From Myxococcota bacterium (GTDB taxonomy: Bacteria > Myxococcota_A > SURF-8): a stretch of 64,000 bases of DNA. A program made the position numbers and the translations under genes. Below are positions 28,580-37,098 of the stretch, piece by piece (position 1 is the stretch's first letter; every line of letters starts with the position of its first letter). The stretch is from the NCBI GenBank assembly GCA_963674735.2, contig CAXXQS010000001.1:288001-352000 (forward strand), read 5' to 3'. The notes beneath the pieces were generated by a model. It was given only the letters and a program-made list of their open reading frames with translations, did no database searches and had not been told where the DNA came from.

Positions 28580-29515
28580 ATGAAGAAATGGATCGGGATC
28601 GACGTCAGCAAAGCCGTTTTCGATGTCGCCGTCGACGGCGAAAGCACGTGCGTCCGCTACGCTTACACCAAAGCCGGCATGACACGCTTCGTCCGTTCGT
28701 TGAAGCGGATCGAGGTGGAGGGCGTCGTGATGGAAGCCACCGGCGGCTACGAACGGGAGCTGTGCAAACGTCTTCAGAAAGCGGGTTGGCCGGTGGCGGT
28801 GGTCAATCCCCGGCGCATCCGGGATTATGCCCGCGCCGTCGGCGTGATGGCGAAAACGGATCGACTCGATGCGGGCATCATCGCACGCTACGCAGCCGCC
28901 ATGCGTCCCGCACCGAACGAAACGCTCGGCGAAACCGCCCTCCTGTTAAAAGCCCTGTCTTCACGGAGGCGGCAGCTGGTCGCCATGCGCACGATGGAGA
29001 AAAACCGCACCGAACACGTGGGCGATCGGACGATCGGACAAAGCCTGCACCGCATTCTGGAGGTGATCGAACGGGAAATCGAGCGGCTGGATCGGGCCAT
29101 CGCGGCGGCCATTGCATCGGATCGGGAGCGCAGCGACCGGGCCGCGCGGCTCCAAACGATGCCGGGCGTCGGCGCGTGCACGGCGAATCTTCTGGTGACG
29201 GATCTGCCGGAGCTGGGGATCTACAACCGGCGGCAGATCGCGGCGTTGATCGGCGTGGCGCCCATGAATCGGGACAGCGGAACGTTTCGGGGTAAACGCA
29301 TGACCGGCGGCGGTCGTCATCGCCTGCGCACGGCGCTCTACATGCCGACGCTGGTGGCGATTCAACACAACCCGGTGATTCGCGGACACTACCAGCGGCT
29401 GGTCGGACGCGGCAAACCGAAGATGACGGCGGTGGTGGCCTGCATGCGAAAATTGGTCCTCATTCTCAACACGATGATGCGGAAAAACGAAGCCTGGAAC
29501 CCGAATTTCGCTTGA
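28580..29515 (+). CDS. IS110-family DEDD recombinase/transposase
   Basis: IGIDVSK, VMEATGGYE, KTDRLDA, MPGVG, GVAPMNRDSG (catalytic Ser), GGRHRLRTALYM, VACMRKL. Confidence 0.97.
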   Translation: MKKWIGIDVSKAVFDVAVDGESTCVRYAYTKAGMTRFVRSLKRIEVEGVVMEATGGYERELCKRLQKAGWPVAVVNPRRIRDYARAVGVMAKTDRLDAGIIARYAAAMRPAPNETLGETALLLKALSSRRRQLVAMRTMEKNRTEHVGDRTIGQSLHRILEVIEREIERLDRAIAAAIASDRERSDRAARLQTMPGVGACTANLLVTDLPELGIYNRRQIAALIGVAPMNRDSGTFRGKRMTGGGRHRLRTALYMPTLVAIQHNPVIRGHYQRLVGRGKPKMTAVVACMRKLVLILNTMMRKNEAWNPNFA

Positions 29516-29561
29516 CACCGATAACAGTCGCTACTCACTACTCACTAATCATCATTCCCGT

Positions 29562-29587
29562 GTTGGAGCGTGTCTCCGACGGGCTCC
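29562..29587 (+). repeat. 26-bp palindromic REP-like unit (family B), copy 2
   Basis: Identical to 28228-28253. Confidence 0.8.
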
Positions 29588-29592
29588 TAACT

Positions 29593-29620
29593 AAAAACGG
29601 GCCGGTTTGATACCGGCCCG
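29593..29620 (-). terminator. Terminator of the M3 peptidase gene
   Basis: A5 followed by cgggccggt-ttgat-accggcccg. Confidence 0.75.
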
Positions 29621-29641
29621 CGTGAGATTTCGTGGCTTCGA

Positions 29642-31486
29642 TCAGGCGTCCAGGGTTTTGATCCAGGTTTTGTATTGTTCGGCCATCTCTTCGAAGCTGG
29701 CGGTTTCGGTGGTGGCGATCACCTTTGCACCGTGCACCATGCGAATCGTTCCGTCGAGTTCCACCGGTCCGCTGCTGGCCGGGACGTCTTTCAGCTTTTC
29801 GACCTTGCGCCGTTGTTCCGCCACCGCTTCGTCAACGGTCAATGCCGCGTCTGCGACCAAAGCATCCATGTTGAAGGGTTTGCCGGTAAGCTGGGCCACG
29901 GCGTCCACGAACGGAATGCCGTTGCCGGGACGCCAGTAGGCCGCCTGCAGCGCCGGACCGATCTTGGGGTTGTCGGTAAGGAAACCATAGGTGGTCAGGA
30001 AATAATGCCGCGTTTGGGCCACGCCCGCCAGTGCCAGCACGTAACCGTGATAAATGCAGCTCGCTTCGCCGGAGAGCAGGTGCGGGACAGCCAGGGTGGG
30101 ACGCGCGCAGCGCGGCAGTCCCAACAGGCGCTGTTCGATTTCCACAAAAGCGGCCATCACCTTTTCCTGGGTGAGGTCGGCTTCGTCCATTTCGTAGAGC
30201 GCCTTCTCGGCGTAGCAGATGATCAACAGCGAGCGGATAAACGAGGCTTTGGCCGGTTGGTTGAGCTTCGTGGAATTTTCGATCACCTCCCAGGGGATCG
30301 GATTGCCGTCGCGGTCCTTGGCGTAGCGTGTCAGCCAGTCGGCGTCGTCCAGCAGCGAATCGCAGAACATCGATTGGGTTTCGGCGAAGGCGGCCGAGGT
30401 GGGGGCGAATTCCTGGCTGAAGCACGGCGCGCCCATCAGGACATTCGAGAAGTGGGCGGCGTGTCCACCCTCGTGGAAGAGCGTCTCGGCGGCGCGTTTT
30501 CCGCTGCCGATCTGGCCCGGTACGGCGTTCGACGTGAAGTTGACGCGTGCCCGTTCGCGCCCCTCGGCGTCCTCGAAAGGGGCCACCGGGGCGTGGCAGA
30601 AGCCGTTTTCATACTTGCCTTTGCGCACCATCAGGTCGAGTTGCAGTAGGGACTGTTCGTAGCGGATACCCAGCGCCATGAAGCTTTTGCCCCAGCGTAA
30701 GAGCGCGTCGTCGAACTGCATGTAGGGATCGATGTCTTTCATGGCGTCGCCCTGGGTGAAGTAGCGGAAATTCCAGGGCTTGAGCGCCGCTTCCCCATGC
30801 TGGGCGGAGACACCGGCGATGTAGCGGGTTTGCGCGTCGCGGGTGCGGGCTTCCAGGTCGTCGAGCAATTCGAACAGTTTCGCTTTGCCGAAGCCTTCGG
30901 TGGTGCTGACTTTCCAGTCGTAGTAATCTTCATAGCCCAGCAATCGGGCGAAGCGGTTACGCGCTTTGACGATCTCGAAGAAGCCGTTATCGATCACATA
31001 GCTTTCAATCGATTCGAGTCCTTCAAAGGCGGCTTTGCGCAGCGCTTCGTCGTCCGCCGACCCGATTTTCAACGCCAATTCCACCGAACTGGCGGCCTGA
31101 TGCGCGCCGCTTTGCGGGTCGGTGTAGCCAAGCGGCATGCCGCCGCGTGCCTTGGCCAGTTCGCTTTCCATGCCGATGATGGTGTCCGACAGCGCCCGGG
31201 CCTCTTCGTTCTCGATGACGTTGGCTTCGAAAAAGCGGATCCAGCCGTTCAAGGTGACGGTCTGAGCCTCGTCGGCATTCCCCGACGCCAGCAGCTCGCG
31301 GCATTGATTGAGCTTGGTTACGTCGTTCTTGAAGGCATTGAGCGCGCCTTCGGCCTTGTTGAAGGGGGCGTATTCGTTGGAGATGCCCATCTTGGTTTCC
31401 CAAAACAGTTCTTCCTTGGCGACGTGCAGGCGGTGGTATTCGCGGTTCAAGGCGACGATGGCCTGGGTGATTTCGTTGTGGGTCAT
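29642..31486 (-). CDS. M3-family oligopeptidase
   Basis: RKGKYENGFCH, TLFHEGGHAAHF (HEXXH), FAETQSMF, YHGYVLA. Confidence 0.88.
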   Translation of the reverse strand: MTHNEITQAIVALNREYHRLHVAKEELFWETKMGISNEYAPFNKAEGALNAFKNDVTKLNQCRELLASGNADEAQTVTLNGWIRFFEANVIENEEARALSDTIIGMESELAKARGGMPLGYTDPQSGAHQAASSVELALKIGSADDEALRKAAFEGLESIESYVIDNGFFEIVKARNRFARLLGYEDYYDWKVSTTEGFGKAKLFELLDDLEARTRDAQTRYIAGVSAQHGEAALKPWNFRYFTQGDAMKDIDPYMQFDDALLRWGKSFMALGIRYEQSLLQLDLMVRKGKYENGFCHAPVAPFEDAEGRERARVNFTSNAVPGQIGSGKRAAETLFHEGGHAAHFSNVLMGAPCFSQEFAPTSAAFAETQSMFCDSLLDDADWLTRYAKDRDGNPIPWEVIENSTKLNQPAKASFIRSLLIICYAEKALYEMDEADLTQEKVMAAFVEIEQRLLGLPRCARPTLAVPHLLSGEASCIYHGYVLALAGVAQTRHYFLTTYGFLTDNPKIGPALQAAYWRPGNGIPFVDAVAQLTGKPFNMDALVADAALTVDEAVAEQRRKVEKLKDVPASSGPVELDGTIRMVHGAKVIATTETASFEEMAEQYKTWIKTLDA

Positions 31487-31699
31487 TCGCTTTCTCCCTT
31501 CGCGGAAAGTAGTCGATAAGCGGCGGGGAGCGTGGTTTTCCGCCGAGCGGCACCACCCTGTCACCTTTTTTGCGGCTTGTCAAGCGAAGCCCGTTCTTCT
31601 CGTCGGGCAATCGAAATAGGTGGGATTGTTCAGGAAAAACAGGCAAAGAAAGGGCTCCGCAAGGGGAGCCGAGAAGGGTTGTGGGAGACAAAAACCGCT

Positions 31700-32383
31700 T
31701 TAAAATCCGGCGGCGATATCCTCAAGCTGGTCGCGGTCGAGAATGTGAATGCTGTCTTTGGTGGTTTTGAGGATTTCTTTTTTCGAGAGGCGGCTCATGG
31801 TGCGGATGGCCGTTTCGATGGTGGTGCCGGTCAGATCGGCGATGTCCTGGCGCGAGAGCGAAATGTGCATCATGATCTGCCCGTCGCCGCTGGTTTCGCC
31901 GATTTTTTCGCCGAGTTTCAGCATCATATTGGCGATGCGCGTGTCGACTTTCCCAACCGACAGCTCGCGGATCAATTCCTGCTGGCTGCGCAAACGTTGA
32001 CCCAAACCGCGCAAGGCGATCTTCATCATTTCGATATACTGCCCCGTCACGCGTTGAAAGGTGGTTTTATCGATCATCAGGACGGACGAATCCTCGGCGG
32101 CGATAACGGAGGCCGGATATTTTCCGCCGTCGTAGAGCGGTTCTTCCATGAATCGTTCGCCGGATGTGGCGATATCCAGAATCACGTCCTTTCCGACGGA
32201 GGTATGCTTGACGATTTTGACTTTGCCGCGATGCAACAGGTGAAAATGCGAGCACGTTTCGTCTTCGTGACAGATGACATCGCCCTTTTTATATTCTTTC
32301 AAGACCGCCATGCGAGCCAGCAGACCCAGATCGATCGGGGAGATCGGGTCGAAGATGTCGTATTTCTTGAGAATTTCTTTCAT
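31700..32383 (-). CDS. Crp/Fnr-family regulator (Dnr/HcpR-like)
   Basis: cNMP-binding-fold domain with YPASVIA; HTH LSRQDIADLTGTTIETAIRTMSRL. Confidence 0.9.
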   Translation of the reverse strand: MKEILKKYDIFDPISPIDLGLLARMAVLKEYKKGDVICHEDETCSHFHLLHRGKVKIVKHTSVGKDVILDIATSGERFMEEPLYDGGKYPASVIAAEDSSVLMIDKTTFQRVTGQYIEMMKIALRGLGQRLRSQQELIRELSVGKVDTRIANMMLKLGEKIGETSGDGQIMMHISLSRQDIADLTGTTIETAIRTMSRLSKKEILKTTKDSIHILDRDQLEDIAAGF

Positions 32384-32674
32384 TTCGCCTTTACCTCACG
32401 GCATCCGCCGATCACGTTTTGGATCGGCCCGGAATCTTCACAATATAAGAGTGATTACAAACGGCGATTCTTCCCATAACCGACAAAAATCATAAAACGC
32501 GTGACCGTTCCACAGGAGGAACGGCTTGGGATATGTGAAAAGCGAAAAGATAACGGATAGATCGGAGAAAAAGCCGTCGAGGGGCGTGTCCAGGCAAAAC
32601 TTCTTTGGAAAGATGATTTTTTTCTTTCCCGTAACCGCTGAGCGCGTTACGATACGGAACACAAGGAGAATTCA

Positions 32675-33799
32675 ATGAAGGACGAGATCAAGCGACTCAA
32701 GCAGCGAATCCGGGAACTTGAAGACGAAAACGGCCGGTATCTGGCGCGGATCGAACGTCTGGAGCTCCAGGAAAACCAGCCCGCCACCGCGCACACCATC
32801 CATGGCCTGGCGGTGATGGTGATTCAGATGGACAAAGACGGCCGGCTGACCTACGTCAACAGCGCCCTGGAAGAGCATCTGGGCATCAAGCGGGTCGACG
32901 TGCTGGGCAAGCCTTTGTCGGCAATCGATAAAACCCGCCTGGGCGCGGGGTACCTCGACCTCATTTATTCGCAGGCGCAACAGTCCGGCGAGGAAATCCA
33001 GGCCGACCACCATTACACCGACCCGCAGACCGGCCGCCTGCGGTATGTCAAGGTGAGTGTCACCACGCAGCCAAACGGCGGGCAGATCATGGTGGAGGAT
33101 CAGTCCAACTTCAAACGGCTGGAGTCGTCGTTCAAACGCTATGTGTCGCCCAAAGTCATCGAACAGCTGCTCAACTCGGGCTTCGATTTGTTTCGCCCCG
33201 AAAAATACGAGCTCACCGTGCTGTTCGCCGACCTGCGCAATTTCACCCGCTTGTGCACGCGTTTGACGCCGGAAGAAGTGAAGTGGGTGATCGACCGCTT
33301 CCTGGGTTTGATGATGCGCGTCATTATCGAGGCGGACGCCACGGTGGATAAGGTGGTGGGCGACGAGGTGATGGCGCTGTTCGGCGCTCCCATCCGGCAC
33401 GAAGACCACGCCGTGCGGGCGGTCAACGTGGCGTTGAAGATGCAGGAAGTCCAGCGCATGCTGCAGCAGGAATGGCGCGAAGCCGGGCTGATCGACCCGC
33501 CGCTGATGGGCATCGGCATCAACACCGGCGAGATGATCGTGGGCAACATCGGTTCGGAATTGCGCATGGACTACACCGTTTTGGGCCACCACGTCAATCT
33601 GGCTTCGCGGCTGTGCAAGGCGGCCAAGGGCGGCGAGATTCTGGTTTCGCCGCGCACCTTCGAACTGACCCGCAACCAATTGCAGTCCAACCCGCAGGCC
33701 ATCACGCGCTCGGTGAAATTTCGCTCCTCTCAGGAAATCTTCGCCAAGGGCATCGATGCCCCCATCCGGCCCATCAATGTGGTGGAGGTGAAGGGCTGA
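32675..33799 (+). CDS. PAS-domain class III adenylate cyclase
   Basis: FKRYVSPKV, TVLFADLRNFT, VDKVVGDEVMALFGAP, GIGINTG..GNIGS..DYTVLGHHVNLASRL. Confidence 0.92.
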   Translation: MKDEIKRLKQRIRELEDENGRYLARIERLELQENQPATAHTIHGLAVMVIQMDKDGRLTYVNSALEEHLGIKRVDVLGKPLSAIDKTRLGAGYLDLIYSQAQQSGEEIQADHHYTDPQTGRLRYVKVSVTTQPNGGQIMVEDQSNFKRLESSFKRYVSPKVIEQLLNSGFDLFRPEKYELTVLFADLRNFTRLCTRLTPEEVKWVIDRFLGLMMRVIIEADATVDKVVGDEVMALFGAPIRHEDHAVRAVNVALKMQEVQRMLQQEWREAGLIDPPLMGIGINTGEMIVGNIGSELRMDYTVLGHHVNLASRLCKAAKGGEILVSPRTFELTRNQLQSNPQAITRSVKFRSSQEIFAKGIDAPIRPINVVEVKG

Positions 33800-34642
33800 G
33801 CCTCTTCGACTGACGTTAAAATACGATGCATAAAAAACAATAATAATACGTCGAAATGCCACGTGGTTCGGTGAAATGATGGGAAAATCGGGGGGCGACT
33901 GTGTGGCCTAGGCTGTTCTCGATGCGCGTGATGCGCTCGTTGCGCCGTTTTCAGCGTCGCCTTTTTCGCTTTTCGCGAAATCATTGGGTTTTTCGGCCTC
34001 AAAACGGGACGTAAATTCGTAAACCTATCGGAAAACCGTTATTGCCGTAATATGTCACACATGCGCGGGGCCGAGAGTCGCAGAAGGCCTGGGTGGCGAG
34101 GGGGCGGCGCGTCGAGTCGGCCTTTGATAAAGTGAAAAAGACAGGTATATCCGGTTATTTGGCTATCAGTTTCGCCGATGGCAGCCGACGACGGACACCC
34201 CTTCGAGGACGGCGGCGTGGGTCGGAATCTGCACTCATTATCATATATTAAATATATTATAGAGAAAATATTTCAGTGACGAGGGGTTATCTCGTTGATA
34301 TTATAAGGCTTTTAGCGTTTCGGTCGGATGGCCTCGAAATACCCTCGGAAATGTCGGCGAAAACTGAATAAAGTGTAAGTAATATCAGTTGGTTACGAAT
34401 GCGAGGGCAGCGACGGGGGCGTTGAAACCCCAACCCTCTGCGTCGTGGACCCTTTCTCGCGGGGGAGGACTACCAAGACAAACCTGAGGAGCATAACAGA
34501 GCCAGGCTTCTGCTTGAAAATGTGTATGGATAGTATGTATCATTATTACCGTTAATTGTGCACAATTTGGAGGAAAAGGCGGGACGAAACATCAGGTTCA
34601 AGTCGACGGGTGAGATGGAAAGAGGAAGATTGATTTAGTTGG

Positions 34643-34769
34643 GGCATTTCAACTCTGATTGAGTCTCGAATTATCTTCGATGGATGATGGGTGGCACGGG
34701 CTAAACCGTCAGGTTTGCCCGTGAAAACAGCATGGGCAAGCCAAAGGCTTGGCCCATGGCACCCCGTAA
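34643..34769 (+). mobile_element. MITE-like element, copy 2 (right end missing)
   Basis: GGCATTTCAACTCTGATTGAGTCTCGAA...GGCCCATGGCACCCCGTAA matches the first ~125 bp of copy 1. Confidence 0.8.
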
Positions 34770-34829
34770 CCATCCTTCGAACTATTTTTCAATCATCGTT
34801 TGGTTACGGGTTTGGGTGTGGGTGGAATA

Positions 34830-37070
34830 TTACTCGTCGTCGGTGTTTCCGGCGAGAACGTCGGCGATGGGCAGAAGCGTGCTGCCCGGATCGAATGCGC
34901 CGTGGTAGATTCCCGATCCGTCGCCCGTGTCGAACCACCAGTTGTTCTGCGCGTCCACGACGACGCGGCTGTTGAGGGTCCAGTCGATGGCGAAAAACGC
35001 GCCCAGGTCGTCGGCCGGATCGTCGGGTGTGTCCATGGGATCGCGCAGCAAAAAGCCGCCCTCGATAAAGGTGACGATGCGCCCCGCGCCGTCGATGGCG
35101 AAGCTCGCGGACTGGCCGGTGTGCTCGTATTTCACGATCGTATCGTCGCCGGTATCGGCAGTCCCGGCAGTGTCGAGATAATGCAGACCCGACAGCGTCG
35201 TGATGAAAAACGCGCCGTCGCCGATGTGTTCGATGTGTTTGATCAGCTTCGCGCCATCGAGCAAGCCCGTTTCGGCGATGTCGTCGGCGGGGTCGAGCGG
35301 GGTGGCGTTGCAGTCGTAATAATGCAGGCCCAGCGAGTTTCCGATGAGCGCCTTGCAGCCGTCGAAAAAGGCCATGCAGTCGGCCGCCGCACCGGCATTG
35401 AAACCGAAATAATCGGTGTCGATGTTTTCGGTTTTGTCGTCGAGGGCGGTTTGCGGTGTGCCGTTGTAATCGTAGACGGCGAAGGAAATAACCGTCACGA
35501 TGGACTGCTGCACCGACGTCAGCCACAGGATGTCGCTTTCACCTTTCGCGACCATTGAAATGCTGGTGGGCGATTTCGCTTCCCAGGTCGAGAACGCGCC
35601 CGCCTCGTCCATGATCGCCAGCACTTCGCCGCCCACCAGAAGCCCGTCGGAGACGGTATCGAGCACCTGAATGTTGAAGGGCGTAAGTTTGCCCGGCGCC
35701 TCCAGCGCATAGGCGTTGAAGGCGAAAGCGTCGGGATCGCCGTCGCCGAGCTCGATGGCGACCACACCGTTGGGACCGCCGAGGAAAACCCGGTCGTCGG
35801 TGACGGTGAAGCCCGCCAGATCGTTGGCCGGAGCGAGGCCCAGATCGATGATCCGCTTGCGAACCCAGCCATCGCTGGCGGGATCGTCGGCGAGGGTGGC
35901 CGTCCCGAAATCGTTCTGGCTGGAAAACCATACAATCGACTCGTCCTGCACGACCGCCGACACCAGCTTGTTGCTGTCGTCCATGCCCAGTTGGGGTAAA
36001 AGGGTGACCGCGTCATCCGCGCCATCGGCGGTGTTCTTCGTGTCGAGCAGGAAGAAATCGCGCAGGTTGTCTTTGTAGGCCACGGCCTGCCCGGCGGCAA
36101 CGGGTATCAGCGTGTTCACCGACAGGCCGGAAGGCGCGGGCAATTCGATCCAGGTGTCATCGGCCGTATCGGACGGCGTTCCGCCGTGCCCGAAATACCA
36201 GGAGGATTCGTCGTTGACGATCCACAGACCGCTGTCGCCGTCGGCCGCCAGAGCGGTGGGGGACGGATCGGCGAAGCCGAAGGCGATTTCCGAGGTGCTG
36301 CCGCCGACCGACGCATAAAGCTTGTAGGTATCCACATCGAAAATCGTGATCCACAGGCGGTCGGCCGCATCGAGCGCGGCGTAATGGGGGCGTTTGGCCA
36401 GCATGTCGCCGTCGTCGCGATGGTCCGTGACCGTCCAGCTGTTCGGATCGTCGGGCGAATCACCGGCGGCGATTTCGAGGAAGCCGAAGGAAGTGGAGAC
36501 CCACAAGCCGTCGCCGCCATGCAGGCACAAGAGCTGAAGCAGATCGCGTCCGCCGGTCAGAGTGTCGTCGAGCGCCGCCTTGAGCACCGGGGCCGGGTCG
36601 TCATCGTCGCCGGGAGCCAGACGGAACAGGCCGGTTTTGTCGGCGAACCAGATGGCGTCGCTTCCGTCGCTGCAGGCGTCCACCACGGTCGTTGTCGGCC
36701 ATACGTCTTCGGTGAGTTCGGAACGGATCTCGCGTGTATCGTCGCTGCGATCATCGGGGGTGCCGTTCATGTCGAGCAAAACCAGGCCCGCTTTCGAGGC
36801 CGAAACAAGACGCCCTTGGCCATCGAAACTCAGATGGGAACCGTTGCCGGACAGCCATTTGGAAAGCGACAGGGAGGGCGGGATCATTTCGACTTCTTCT
36901 TCGGTGTCCATATCGCCGTCGATGTCGCTGTCGCCGTCGATGTCGCCGTCCGTCGGATTTGTATCGACGGAAAGCTTTTCGTTCTTATGGCAGCCGGAAA
37001 AGCCAAGCCCCATCATGCAAAAAACCATCAGCGCCGCTGTCGCCCAACCTGTACCGCTGCTCGCTTTCAT
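34830..37070 (-). CDS. Beta-propeller lipoprotein with repeated GTPxDxxDD loops and DGD linker
   Basis: Lipobox FSGC; recurring DMNGTPDDRSDD, GGTPSDTADD, YNGTPQTALDD, CNATPLDPADD, TAGTADTGDD. Confidence 0.75.
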   Translation of the reverse strand: MKASSGTGWATAALMVFCMMGLGFSGCHKNEKLSVDTNPTDGDIDGDSDIDGDMDTEEEVEMIPPSLSLSKWLSGNGSHLSFDGQGRLVSASKAGLVLLDMNGTPDDRSDDTREIRSELTEDVWPTTTVVDACSDGSDAIWFADKTGLFRLAPGDDDDPAPVLKAALDDTLTGGRDLLQLLCLHGGDGLWVSTSFGFLEIAAGDSPDDPNSWTVTDHRDDGDMLAKRPHYAALDAADRLWITIFDVDTYKLYASVGGSTSEIAFGFADPSPTALAADGDSGLWIVNDESSWYFGHGGTPSDTADDTWIELPAPSGLSVNTLIPVAAGQAVAYKDNLRDFFLLDTKNTADGADDAVTLLPQLGMDDSNKLVSAVVQDESIVWFSSQNDFGTATLADDPASDGWVRKRIIDLGLAPANDLAGFTVTDDRVFLGGPNGVVAIELGDGDPDAFAFNAYALEAPGKLTPFNIQVLDTVSDGLLVGGEVLAIMDEAGAFSTWEAKSPTSISMVAKGESDILWLTSVQQSIVTVISFAVYDYNGTPQTALDDKTENIDTDYFGFNAGAAADCMAFFDGCKALIGNSLGLHYYDCNATPLDPADDIAETGLLDGAKLIKHIEHIGDGAFFITTLSGLHYLDTAGTADTGDDTIVKYEHTGQSASFAIDGAGRIVTFIEGGFLLRDPMDTPDDPADDLGAFFAIDWTLNSRVVVDAQNNWWFDTGDGSGIYHGAFDPGSTLLPIADVLAGNTDDE

Positions 37071-37098
37071 GTTTCATCCTTGCAAAAACTGAAATGAA

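Larger units (their letters stand above)
28357..29532 (+). mobile_element. IS110-family (IS621-like) insertion sequence, complete
   Basis: CT core at both junctions (28355-56 and 29531-32); left end TGTATTAT; right end TTGACA..ACAGTCG; sub-terminal inverted repeat AGCGACTGT/ACAGTCGCT; DEDD recombinase gene. Confidence 0.92.

Noticed and set aside
28317-28647. Short ORFs in the IS110 left end, and short ORFs inside MITE copies (26235-26456, 34552-34773, 55793-56026)
   Set aside because: Better explained as structured non-coding sequence; the reading frames differ between MITE copies.
28228-29587. 26-bp direct repeats as the TSD or ends of the IS110
   Set aside because: The element ends are defined by the CT cores and the interrupted REP. 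The 26-mers lie outside them, and IS110 elements do not make long TSDs.
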